Shown one piece after another: positions 22,915 through 32,758 of a stretch of 64,000 bases of DNA; positions within the stretch are counted from its first letter, which is position 1; each line of letters opens with the position of its first letter. This DNA comes from an uncultured Gemmatimonadales bacterium. GTDB lineage: Bacteria; Gemmatimonadota; Gemmatimonadetes; Longimicrobiales; RSA9. A program made the position numbers and the translations under genes. The notes below the pieces were generated by a model, which saw only the letters and a program-made list of their open reading frames with translations, had not been told where the DNA came from and did no database searches. The DNA lies in NCBI GenBank assembly GCA_963798085.1, contig CAWCRS010000007.1, positions 1,408,001 through 1,472,000 of the forward strand, in the 5' to 3' direction.

Positions 22915-24580
22915 TTAGAACAGCCCCGTGATCGTCCCGTCGGGCGCCAGCCGCATTCCCTCGGCGGCGGGTCGTCGCGGCAGACCAGGCATGGTCATGA
23001 TGTCGCCGGTGTGCGCGACCACGAAGCCGGCGCCGGCGGAAGGCGTGACGGAGCGGACGGTGATGCGGAAGCCGGTCGGTCGCCCGCGGAGTGAAGGGTC
23101 GTCCGAGAAGGAGTACTGCGTCTTGGCCATGCAGACGGGCACATCGCGCAGGCCGATCTTCTCGAGGCGTTCGATCTCGCGCAGCGCCTGTGCCTGGAAG
23201 TTCACGCCATCGGCGCCGTAAATCTGTGTGGCGATCGTCTCGATCTTCGTGGCGAGCGGCTGGTTCGTGTCGTACAGCGGGTGGAAGTCCGCACGCCCGC
23301 TTTCCGCCATGGCCATGACGGCGCTGGCCAGCTCGAGTGCGCCTTCGCCACCACGCGCGTGCACATCGGCGACCGACGCCGGCGTGTCCATGGCCTCGCA
23401 GGCATTCGAGCACGACCTGCATTTCGGCCTGTGAGTCCGACGCGAAACGATTCAGCGCAACAATGGGTGGCACACCGAACCGGCGCACGTTCTCGACGTG
23501 GCGGGTCAGATTGCCCACGCCTTTGCGCACGGCCTCGACATTCTCCGCCCCGAGTGCGCTCAGCGCCACGCCGCCGTGCATCTTGAGTGCGCGGATGGTG
23601 GCCACCACCACCGCGACGGCAGGCCGCAGCCCCGCCGTGCGGCACTTGATGTCGAAGAACTTCTCCGCGCCCAGGTCCGCGCCGAAGCCGGCCTCGGTCA
23701 CGACCACGTCGGCCAGACTCAGCGCCGTGGTGGTGGCAATCACGGAGTTGCAGCCGTGGGCGATGTTGCCGAACGGGCCCGCGTGAATGAACGCGGGCGT
23801 GCCGCCCAGCGTCTGCACCAGGTTCGGCAGAATGGCATCCTTGAGCAGCAGTGTCATGGCGCCCTGCGCGCCCAGCTGCAGCGCACGCACCGGCTCGAAG
23901 CTGCGATCGTAACCCACAATGATGCGGCCCAGGCGGTCTTCGAGATCCGAACGGTCACGGGCCAGCGCGAAGATGGCCATGATCTCGGATGCGGCGGTGA
24001 TGAGGTAGCCATCCTCGCGTGGTACGCCATTGGGCGCGCCGCCCAGTCCTACCACGATGTTACGAAGCGCGCGATCGTTCATGTCGATGGCGCGCTTCCA
24101 GGTGATGCGGCGCGCGTCGACGCCCAGCTCGTTGCCCTGCTGCAGGTGATTGTCCAGCATCGCGGCCAGCAGCGCGTGCGCCGTCGTGACCGCGTGGAAA
24201 TCGCCCGTGAAGTGCAGGTTGATGTCTTCCATGGGCACGACCTGCGCGTGGCCGCCACCGGTCGCGCCGCCCTTGATGCCGAACACCGGGCCCAGGCTGG
24301 GCTGGCGCAGGCATAACGCCACGTTGCGACCGGCCAGCCGCAGCCCGTCCGCCAGACCCACGCACACCGTCGACTTGCCTTCACCCGCCGGTGTCGGGTT
24401 GATCCCGGTTACCAGAACCAGCGTGCCCGGCTGCGGCCGGGGCGTGATCGCATCAGTCCTCACCTTCGCCTTGTAGGTGCCATACAACTCGAGGGCCGAT
24501 GCGGGGACGCCCAGCATCCCGGCGATTTCGGTGATCGGACGGAGCTTCGCAGCCTGCGCGATTTCGATGTCGGTCTGCAT
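22915..24580 (-). CDS. fhs: Formate--tetrahydrofolate ligase (frameshift near 23403)
   Basis: [38 protein letters not shown]. Confidence 0.96.
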
Positions 24581-24933
24581 GATCTCTCAACGCTGGTGCT
24601 AAGGCAGCCCCGCCGGCAGCGCGCGCGGCAAGTGCTGGCTCCCGCCTTGCGCGCGATCCCAGCAAGGCGGCGGAACCCGCGGCGGCCCGGAGCGGGCGGT
24701 AAGATACGGCCGGCAGCGGCGGATTCAACCCGCACGCGCATGCAGGATCGGTGGCCGCGCGCTCCGGCCGTACGCGATGCCCCCGCCGGGACGGCGTTCT
24801 CGCGTCGAAGGCTGCCCCGCTCGATTCGCTGAAACCCGGGCGCGGGCACCCGCGTAAGGGCGGGCGTTCCCGATCCGTTTCGAGAGGAATTCGTTCCTCG
24901 CGTACGCACGAGATCCGCGCTTCAGGAGGCTCC

Positions 24934-26640
24934 ATGCGCGCGCTCACCGTTACGCTGGCGTTGCTCGCATTCGCTCGGTATGCCAGCGGCCAGAGACCCG
25001 ATCTCCATCGTTCCGGTCTGCCCCGGCAGGAAGCGCGTCGGCTCGAGGCCGTGATCGATGACCCCGCCACGCATCGCTTCGATGGCGATGCCACGATTGC
25101 CACGGACGAAGTCATTGAAGGCGACGTCTTCGTGTATCGTGGGCTGCTCACCCTGCGCGGTACGGTGCGCGGTCAGCTCGTCGTGGTCGACGGCGATGTC
25201 GTGTTCGAGCGCGGCGCCGAGGTCACGGGCGATGTGACCGTGGTCGGCGGCTCCGCAAGAGGCGGCGACAACGCGCGCCTCGCGGGTGCGCTCACGGAGT
25301 ACGGTGAAGGCTTCGGCCTGCTGGCGCGCGCCCGCGATCTGCACGAGGGCGGCGACGTCTGGCGCAGCGGTCGCCACTGGGAGGGCAATCACAGGTACGC
25401 CGACCGGCGCCAGGACATGGGCAGCGCCGGCTTCTCGCTGTCCATTGATCGCAACTACAACCGCGTCGAGGGACTGCCGTATCGCATGGGTCCGGACCTG
25501 CGCACGGGCGGGCCGTTCGCCACGCGGCTGGCCGCGTTCGCCATCTGGCGCTCCGATGTCGGGCCGCTCACCAACACCGAGCGCATGGGCTACGTCGCCC
25601 GCGTCGAGCAGTTCGTGGGCACGCCGGCCCTGCGCCTGGGCGCTTCCGTGCGCAGCACCATCGACCCCATGGAGTCGTGGACGATCACGGACCTCGAGGC
25701 CACGCTTGCCACGGTCGTTTTCCACGAGGATCAGCGCGACTACTACCAGCGCGAAGGCTGGAGCGGCTACCTCCGTCTCGCGCCCGAACGCAGTCCGCTC
25801 GACCTGACCGTCGAGTACCGCGACGAGACGCAGCGCAGCGCGGCGGCGCGCGACCCCTGGACCGTGCTCCACACCGATGCGCTGTGGCGCAATCAGCCGC
25901 TCGCGGGGGAGGGAAGACTGCGCACCCTCAACGGCACAGCCATCTGGGATGCGCGTCACGGCGATGACTTCACGTCCCGTGGCTTCTACATGCGTGCGGA
26001 CATGGTGCACGGACTCAGTGGCTCGCTGGCGCTGCCCGCAGCCGAGCGTGAAACCGGCGAACCACTCGCCGCACGCGCTTTCGACAATCAGTTCACGGCC
26101 GGCCAGATCGACATCCGCCGCTATGCGCCCCTCGGATGGGAGGGCGCCCTCGCCTTCCGCGCCGTGGCCGGCGGCTCGTTCGATCAGACGCCGCTCGCGC
26201 CGCAGTACCAGCACGCGCTGGGCGGCGCCAACACGCTGCCAGGCTACCCGCTGATGAGCGTCGATTGCGGCGCCCGCACCGCGCCCGTCCGTCTGACCAA
26301 CGGATCGCAGACGACGATGTTCTTTCCATCCTACGGCTGCGATCGCTTCGCTCTCTTCCAGGCCGAGTACCGCGGCGGACTCGACTTCCACATCGGCGGC
26401 GACGAGGTCGAACACTACGATCGCAGCCCGCACTTCGACGCCAGCGTCAACTGGACCGTGTTCTTCGACGCCGCGCGTGGCTGGACCGTGGGCGACCTCA
26501 CGGAGCGCACCAGCACCGGCACCCTGTACGACGTGGGCGCCGGCGTGATCCTCGGCGGCTTCGGCGTCTACGGCGCGGTCCCGCTCACCGGCGACAGCCG
26601 CGAACTGCGCGTCTTCCTCCGCCTCGGTCCGCGCTTCTGA
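24934..26640 (+). CDS. Outer-membrane beta-barrel protein with N-terminal bactofilin-like beta-helix
   Basis: AGGAGG RBS, signal peptide, GDV..V.G repeats, YNRVEG, C-terminal LRLGPRF. Confidence 0.6.
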   Translation: MRALTVTLALLAFARYASGQRPDLHRSGLPRQEARRLEAVIDDPATHRFDGDATIATDEVIEGDVFVYRGLLTLRGTVRGQLVVVDGDVVFERGAEVTGDVTVVGGSARGGDNARLAGALTEYGEGFGLLARARDLHEGGDVWRSGRHWEGNHRYADRRQDMGSAGFSLSIDRNYNRVEGLPYRMGPDLRTGGPFATRLAAFAIWRSDVGPLTNTERMGYVARVEQFVGTPALRLGASVRSTIDPMESWTITDLEATLATVVFHEDQRDYYQREGWSGYLRLAPERSPLDLTVEYRDETQRSAAARDPWTVLHTDALWRNQPLAGEGRLRTLNGTAIWDARHGDDFTSRGFYMRADMVHGLSGSLALPAAERETGEPLAARAFDNQFTAGQIDIRRYAPLGWEGALAFRAVAGGSFDQTPLAPQYQHALGGANTLPGYPLMSVDCGARTAPVRLTNGSQTTMFFPSYGCDRFALFQAEYRGGLDFHIGGDEVEHYDRSPHFDASVNWTVFFDAARGWTVGDLTERTSTGTLYDVGAGVILGGFGVYGAVPLTGDSRELRVFLRLGPRF

Positions 26641-26708
26641 CCGGACTCGTCACGCGGAGGGCGCAGAGGGCCGAGGCATACTTGCGCGACATTTTCTGAA
26701 TTGAACGA

Positions 26709-26749
26709 CAAGGGAATCGGCCATCGCTACACGGTGGCCGATTCCCTTG
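26709..26749. terminator. Strong hairpin, possible terminator or REP
   Basis: CAAGGGAATCGGCCA / TGGCCGATTCCCTTG 15-bp perfect inverted repeat; no U-tract. Confidence 0.45.
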
Positions 26750-27031
26750 CCTGCGAATGGATTGTTAGGGCGCCCGTGGCATGAGGCGGGTCGGTCCGCC
26801 AGGATATGCAGGCAACCGCACCCCACCCAGCCCAACCCTGCACGGGTGCCCTTGCCCGCGCCTGACCCCTGAACCTTGCCCTTACCCTGACCCGTCCCCC
26901 GTGAGCACGCTGTACAAGAAACAGAATTGTACGGCCAAAGGAGAGAGGGGCAGGGAAGAGAAGGCATTCAGCAGATCGAGCATCCTGGCGTATTCTGTTG
27001 CGGGATCCCGCGGTCTTGTGCAGTGTGAAGC

Positions 27032-28483
27032 ATGGCAATCGATCAAGGCATGCGTGTGCGCTTCGCGCCTTCGCCTACGGGGTTTCTGCACGTGGGTGGC
27101 GCGCGCACTGCGCTGTTCAACTGGCTGCTGGCGAGGCATGCAGGTGGTGTCTTCATCCTGCGCATCGAAGACACGGACAAGGAGCGGTCCAGCGCGCCCA
27201 TGACGCAGGCGATCCTGGATGGGTTGCGGTGGCTGGGGCTGGACTGGGACGAGGGGCCGTTCTTCCAGGCGGCGGGGCTGGAGCGACATCGCCATGATGC
27301 CATGCGCATGCTGGACACGGGTACAGCCTACCGCTGCTTCTGTACGCCGGAACAGCTCGAGGCGAGGCGAGGCAGCGCCGATGGCGCGTTCCGCTACGAC
27401 CGGTACTGCCTGAGGAACGTCACGCCCGCGGCGGCGGAACGGCGCGCCGCCGCGGGTGAGCTGTTCACTGTGCGCTACCGCGTGCCCGAAGGCGTGACCG
27501 CGTGGGAAGACGCGGTGCACGGTCGCATCGAATTCGCTAACAGCGAGATCGAAGATTTCATTGTGCTGCGCTCGGATGGCACGCCCATCTACAACATGGC
27601 TGTGGTCAGCGACGATGCGGCCATGCGCGTGACGCACGTGATCCGCGGCGACGATCACATCTCGAACACACCCAAGCAGATCCTGCTGTACCAGGCGCTG
27701 GGCTTCGTGCTGCCTGTGTTCGGCCATGTGCCCATCATCCTGGGCCCGGATGGCCGCAAGCTGTCCAAGCGCCACGGCGCCACGGCGCTGGCGGAGTACC
27801 GGAATCAGGGAATCCTCCCGGATGCAATGTTCAACTTCCTCGCGCTCCTGGGCTGGTCACCGGGTACCGACGAGGAAGTCTTCACGCGCGTCGCGCTGAT
27901 CGAGCGGTTCTCACTCGCGGGCATCAATCGCAAGAGCGCGATCTTCGACACGCGCAAGCTCTCCTGGCTGAACGGCCAGCATTCGAATCGCCTGTCCGCT
28001 GAGGCACTGGCGAAGCCGGTGTTGTCGCTGGCTCCGCAGAGCGTGCGTGAGCACGCGGCGGGAGCGGAAGCCCGCGCGCGCACACTGCGGCTCATTGATC
28101 TGCTCAAGGTGCGTGCGCGCGGACTCGACGACATTGCCGCGCAGCTCGCGCGCTACCTGGCCGCCGATTTGGCGTACGATGACGACGCGGTGCAGAAGCA
28201 CTGGAAGCAGCCGGAACAGGTGGCCGCGCGGCTGGGCGCACTGCGCAAACAGCTGGCGGCTGCGCCCGCCTGGACCGAGGCGCAGCTCGAATCATTGCTG
28301 CGCGCGCTGGCCGATGCGCAGGGAGTCGGAGCCGGACAGTTCATCCATCCGCTGCGCGTCGCGCTCACCGGCCAGGCCGTCTCGCCCGGCATCTTCGAGC
28401 TGGCCGCTGCTCTCGGACAGGAACTGACGCTCGCACGCATCGATGCAGCCATAGGGCGACTGCTCGCGGCCGCATCGACCTGA
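27032..28483 (+). CDS. gltX: Glutamate--tRNA ligase
   Basis: RFAPSPTG, HVGG, RIEDTD, KLSKR. Confidence 0.97.
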   Translation: MAIDQGMRVRFAPSPTGFLHVGGARTALFNWLLARHAGGVFILRIEDTDKERSSAPMTQAILDGLRWLGLDWDEGPFFQAAGLERHRHDAMRMLDTGTAYRCFCTPEQLEARRGSADGAFRYDRYCLRNVTPAAAERRAAAGELFTVRYRVPEGVTAWEDAVHGRIEFANSEIEDFIVLRSDGTPIYNMAVVSDDAAMRVTHVIRGDDHISNTPKQILLYQALGFVLPVFGHVPIILGPDGRKLSKRHGATALAEYRNQGILPDAMFNFLALLGWSPGTDEEVFTRVALIERFSLAGINRKSAIFDTRKLSWLNGQHSNRLSAEALAKPVLSLAPQSVREHAAGAEARARTLRLIDLLKVRARGLDDIAAQLARYLAADLAYDDDAVQKHWKQPEQVAARLGALRKQLAAAPAWTEAQLESLLRALADAQGVGAGQFIHPLRVALTGQAVSPGIFELAAALGQELTLARIDAAIGRLLAAAST

Positions 28484-28512
28484 GCCGGCCCGCCACAGCA
28501 TGCGGCTGCGGC

Positions 28513-28542
28513 TTGACGATGTGCGCAGCCCATGGTTAGCAT
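28513..28542 (+). promoter_or_regulatory. Sigma70-type promoter of tRNA-Gln
   Basis: TTGACG-N18-TAGCAT about 10 nt before the tRNA. Confidence 0.5.
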
Positions 28543-28551
28543 TGGACGCGA

Positions 28552-28624
28552 TGCCCCTTGGTGTAACTGGCAACACGCCTGACTCTGGATCAGGAGAGTC
28601 CTGGTTCGAGCCCAGGAGGGGCAA
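28552..28624 (+). tRNA. tRNA-Gln(CTG)
   Basis: TGCCCCT/AGGGGCA acceptor, CCTGA-CT-CTG-GA-TCAGG anticodon arm, GGTTCGAG; CCA not encoded. Confidence 0.96.
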
Positions 28625-28755
28625 TTCGAAGCGCGACGCGGTGTCGCGCGAAGGTGGCCGCCGCAGCAGGCGGCCCCGGATGACGAAGCGGGGCGCGAGT
28701 CGAAATCGCTCGCGCCCCGCGTTCATTCCAGTCCGCACGACGTTTTCGAAAGCCC

Positions 28756-29484
28756 ATGGAACCCCTCACCGAACTGGAGCGCAAGGTTCTCGATTTCATG
28801 ATCGAGTACCTGCGCCGCAACACCTATCAGCCGTCGGTCCGCGAGATCTGCGCGGCGCTGGGCATACGCAGCACCCGCAAGGCCTCGGAGCTGCTGCAGT
28901 CATTGGAGGCAAAACAATGGATCGAGCGCACACCCTCGCGCTCGCGCGGCGTGCGCGTGCTCGGTCTGGTGCCTGACGAAGGTGCCGCACCGCCCGGCGA
29001 CGCCTGCCCCGAATACCGTGATGCCGAACCCGGTGATGCACACTGGATGCAATGCGCACTCGAGCATGCGCGCGCCGCGGCCGCGGTTCAGGAAGTGCCC
29101 GTGGGTGCTGTGCTCGTGCACGACGGGCGCATCATTGCTGACAGCCACAACCTGACTCGCACCATGACCGATCCCACGGCGCACGCGGAACTGGTGACGA
29201 TCCGCCGTGCCGCCATGCTCGACGGTCACGTCCGGCTGCTGGATGCCACGCTCTACGTCACGCTCGAGCCCTGCGCCATGTGCGCCGGTGCGATCGTGCT
29301 CGCGAAGGTCGGCCGCCTCGTCTACGGCGCCGCCGACCCCAAGACCGGCATGTGCGGCTCCCTCGCCTGCATCGTGCAGGACCGCCGCCTCAACCACCGC
29401 GTCCGCCTCACCCGCGGCGTCCTCGCCCAGGAGACCGGTGAAGTATTGCGGCAGTTCTTCCGCGAGCGACGCGGTCCGGATTGA
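28756..29484 (+). CDS. tadA: tRNA adenosine(34) deaminase with N-terminal LexA-type DNA-binding domain
   Basis: LT..E..VLDF..PSVREI..S..L..LE.K.WIER..SRG then EVPVGA, TAHAE, TLEPCAMC, DPKTG; no stop between them. Confidence 0.85.
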   Translation: MEPLTELERKVLDFMIEYLRRNTYQPSVREICAALGIRSTRKASELLQSLEAKQWIERTPSRSRGVRVLGLVPDEGAAPPGDACPEYRDAEPGDAHWMQCALEHARAAAAVQEVPVGAVLVHDGRIIADSHNLTRTMTDPTAHAELVTIRRAAMLDGHVRLLDATLYVTLEPCAMCAGAIVLAKVGRLVYGAADPKTGMCGSLACIVQDRRLNHRVRLTRGVLAQETGEVLRQFFRERRGPD

Positions 29485-29492
29485 ACTTCAAA

Positions 29493-29771
29493 GGCGTTGC
29501 TGGAGCTGGTTGCTGGGGCTGGTTGCTCGGGAACGGCTCGAATCGAGCGCGCGCCAGCGCACGCCTGGTTCCTAACGGACAATTATGGCTGCTGCTCTAA
29601 CGGCGCGTTTCGATCCGTTCGCACTTCCGGGCAACCTGCCCGGGCAATGCGGTTGAATCCGTCTTGTCGTTCCCGAGCAACCAGCCCGAGCAAACCAGCC
29701 GCAGCAACGCCGTTGATTCCGTACGTGTCGTTCCCCGAGCAACGAGCCCGAGCCCCAGCCCCAGCAAGGCG
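29493..29771. repeat. Inverted plus tandem ~60-bp intergenic repeat cluster
   Basis: 29493-29535 is the reverse complement of 29668-29711; 29652-29711 and 29712-29771 are tandem units. Confidence 0.75.
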
Positions 29772-29885
29772 TCTGGTTCCCGGACGATCCCGGCGCGGGA
29801 GCCGAATTCGCAGTTCCGGGCGTTGACAGCCCAGCCGTCCGGACGCTACCGTACCAGCCGTTTCCGCCCCACGACACCGGACCGG

Positions 29886-30443
29886 ATGGCTGAGGCGCAG
29901 CGGCTGCTGCTCATGGATGAAAGGGCCGTCGAGCGAACACTCGCTCGCATGGCTCGCGAGATCGTCGAGCTCAACCAGGGCGTCGCGGGTCTCGCCATCG
30001 TCGGCATCCAGCGCCGCGGTGTTCACCTGGCCCATCGCATTGCCGATGAGGTCGAGCGCGCGGAAGGCGTGCGCCCCTCGTTCGGCACCCTCGATATTAC
30101 CCTCTATCGCGATGATCTGACGGCCATCGGCCCGCGGCCCGTCCTCGGGCAGACCAGTCTGCCCGCTGTCGGACTCGATGGCCAGCGCGTGGTCATTGTG
30201 GACGACGTGTGCTACACGGGCCGCACGGCGCGCGCGGCACTCGATGAGCTGGCGGACTTCGGACGGCCGGCGCGCATCGTCCTGTGCGTGCTCGTGGATC
30301 GCGGCGGGCGCGAGCTGCCGATCCAGCCGGACATCGTGGGGCGACACGTGGAAGTCGCGCCGCGGCAGCGCGTCGACGTGCTCGTGCCCGAGCTGGATGG
30401 ACGCCTGGCCGTCGTGCTGAGCACACGGGAGGCTTCGTCGTGA
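29886..30443 (+). CDS. pyrR: Pyrimidine regulatory protein/UPRTase
   Basis: [34 protein letters not shown]. Confidence 0.93.
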   Translation: MAEAQRLLLMDERAVERTLARMAREIVELNQGVAGLAIVGIQRRGVHLAHRIADEVERAEGVRPSFGTLDITLYRDDLTAIGPRPVLGQTSLPAVGLDGQRVVIVDDVCYTGRTARAALDELADFGRPARIVLCVLVDRGGRELPIQPDIVGRHVEVAPRQRVDVLVPELDGRLAVVLSTREASS

Positions 30444-31411
30444 GCGCGCTGCCCACGTTCCTGGGCAAGGACCTCGTGGGCCTGGAGCCGCTCAGCGCGA
30501 GCCCAGATCCTCGCCATTCTGGACACTGCCGAAGCCTTCAAGGAAATCAGCGAGCGCCCATCAAGAAGGTGCCGGTGCTGCGCGGCAAGACCATCGTCAA
30601 TCTGTTCTTCGAGGCTTCGACGCGGACGCGCATTTCCTTCGAGTTCGCGGAAAAGCGACTTTCCGCGGACACCGTGAACATCGCGGCGCAGGGCTCGAGC
30701 GTGAGCAAGGGCGAGACGCTGGTGGACACGGCGAGGAACCTCGAGGCCATGCGCATCGACATGGTAGTGATCCGTCACGGCTCCAGCGGTGCCGCGCGTT
30801 TTCTGGCGGATCGCATTCCCTCGAATGTGATCAATGCCGGCGACGGCCGGCACGAGCATCCGACGCAGGCGCTGCTCGATCTGCTGACCATACGGGATCA
30901 CCGCCGTCGCATCGCCGGATTGCGCGTGTGCCTGATGGGCGACGTGCTCCACTCCCGCGTGGCGCGCTCCAATATCTGGGGCCTGCTGCGGCTGGGCGCG
31001 GAAGTGGCCGTCTGCGCGCCGCGCACGCTGCTGCCTGCGGCCATCGAAGACATGGGCGTGCTGGTGTTCGATCGCATCGAGGCGGCACTGGAATGGGCCG
31101 ATGTGCTGAACGTGCTTCGTCTGCAGCTGGAACGCATGCAGGCCGGTTTCGTGCCCAGCCTGCGCGAGTACAACAGGCTGTTTGGGGTGACCCGCGAGCG
31201 CATTGAGCGGACCGGCCGCGACCTGCTGATTCTGCATCCCGGTCCCATGAACCGCGGCGTCGAGATCGACAGCGATGTGGCGGATGGCCCGCACGCCGTG
31301 ATCCTGGATCAGGTCACGAATGGCGTGGCCGTGCGCATGGCCGTGCTCTTCCTGCTGGCCGGCGGCATGCCCGAGCGTGCGGAAGCGGCGAAAGGAGAAG
31401 GCGGCACGTGA
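30440..31411 (+). CDS. pyrB: Aspartate carbamoyltransferase (compensating indels near 30502 and 30558)
   Basis: [24 protein letters not shown]. Confidence 0.95.
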   Translation: MSALPTFLGKDLVGLEPLSASPDPRHSGHCRSLQGNQRAPIKKVPVLRGKTIVNLFFEASTRTRISFEFAEKRLSADTVNIAAQGSSVSKGETLVDTARNLEAMRIDMVVIRHGSSGAARFLADRIPSNVINAGDGRHEHPTQALLDLLTIRDHRRRIAGLRVCLMGDVLHSRVARSNIWGLLRLGAEVAVCAPRTLLPAAIEDMGVLVFDRIEAALEWADVLNVLRLQLERMQAGFVPSLREYNRLFGVTRERIERTGRDLLILHPGPMNRGVEIDSDVADGPHAVILDQVTNGVAVRMAVLFLLAGGMPERAEAAKGEGGT

Positions 31412-32758
31412 TCGAGATGGATGCGCTGCTGCGCAGTGCGTCACGGCCGCGGCCACTGTTGCTGCGCGGCGGCCGCGTGGTCGATCCCTCGACGGGCACG
31501 GACGAAGTGGCCGACCTGCTGCTGCGTGACGGCGAGGTCGCAGCCATGGGTCGTGATCTTGGCTCGACCGACGGCGCGGATGTGCGCGAGGTTCGCGGCC
31601 TGGTGGTGTGCCCGGGGCTGATCGACCTGCACGTGCACCTGCGCGAACCGGGCGGCGAGCACAAGGAAACGATCGCCACAGGCGCGCGCGCCGCTGCCGC
31701 GGGCGGCTACACCAGTGTCTGCGCCATGCCCAACACGGACCCGCCGGTCGACGATCCCGCCGCCGTCGGATTCGTGCGCGCGGAAGGCCTGCGCTCCGGC
31801 GCCGCGCGCGTCTATCCGGTCGGCTGCATCTCCGTGGGCCAGAAAGGCGAGCGCCTGGCCCTCGTCGGTGAGATGGTGGAGGCCGGTGCCGTCGCCATCA
31901 CCGATGATGGCAGGCCGGTGAGCGATTCCGGTCTCATGCGGCTGGCACTCGCCTACGCACGCACCATGGGTATCCCCGTGGCCAGCCACTGCGAGGAGCT
32001 CAGTCTCTCGCGTGGCGGGTCGATGAACGAAGGGCTGGTGTCGACTCGCCTCGGCCTGATCGGCATTCCCAATGCGGCCGAAGACGTCGATGATCGCGCG
32101 CGACCTGATGCTCGCGGAGCTGACCGGCGGCCGCATCCACATCCAGCACGTGTCCACGCAGCGCGGTGTGGAGCTGATTCGCACCGCCCGCGAGCGTGGT
32201 GTGCGTGTGTCCGCGGAGGCGACGCCGCACCACTTCACGCTCACCGACGAAGCGGTCGAAGGCTACCGCACGGAAGCCAAGATGAACCCGCCGCTGCGCA
32301 CGGCGAGGGACCGGCAGGCCGTAATCGAGGGCGTGGCGGACGGCACGCTCGACGTGATCGCCACGGATCACGCGCCGCACCACTACGACGAGAAGGAGCA
32401 GGCCTTCGAGGATGCGCCCTTCGGCATTGTCGGCCTGGAGACAGCGCTGGGGCTGGCGCTCAGCGGGCTGGTGGACACGGGCGTGATCACGCTGGCGCAG
32501 CTGGTGGAGCGCATGAGTTGCTCGCCTGCGCGTGCCTTCAAACTGCCCGGCGGCACCCTGCGCATGGGCGCGCCTGCCAATGTCACGGTATTCGATCCGG
32601 CGCTGGAATGGACCATCGATGCGGCGCGTTTTCTGTCGAAGAGCCATAACACGCCGTTTGGCGGCCGGCACGTGCGCGGTCGCGCGCTGCTTACCGTGGT
32701 GGGCGGCCGCATTGTGTGGGATGCGCAGCCGCACGCCGTGAGCACGACTGCGGGATGA
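31408..32758 (+). CDS. pyrC: Dihydroorotase (frameshift near 32088)
   Basis: [27 protein letters not shown]. Confidence 0.94.

Noticed and set aside
29652..29771. Possible CRISPR array
   Set aside because: Only two degenerate units, no unique spacers, no cas genes.
29485..29885. PyrR attenuator upstream of pyrR
   Set aside because: No AGTCCAGAGAGGCT-like binding loop and no terminator with a U-tract.
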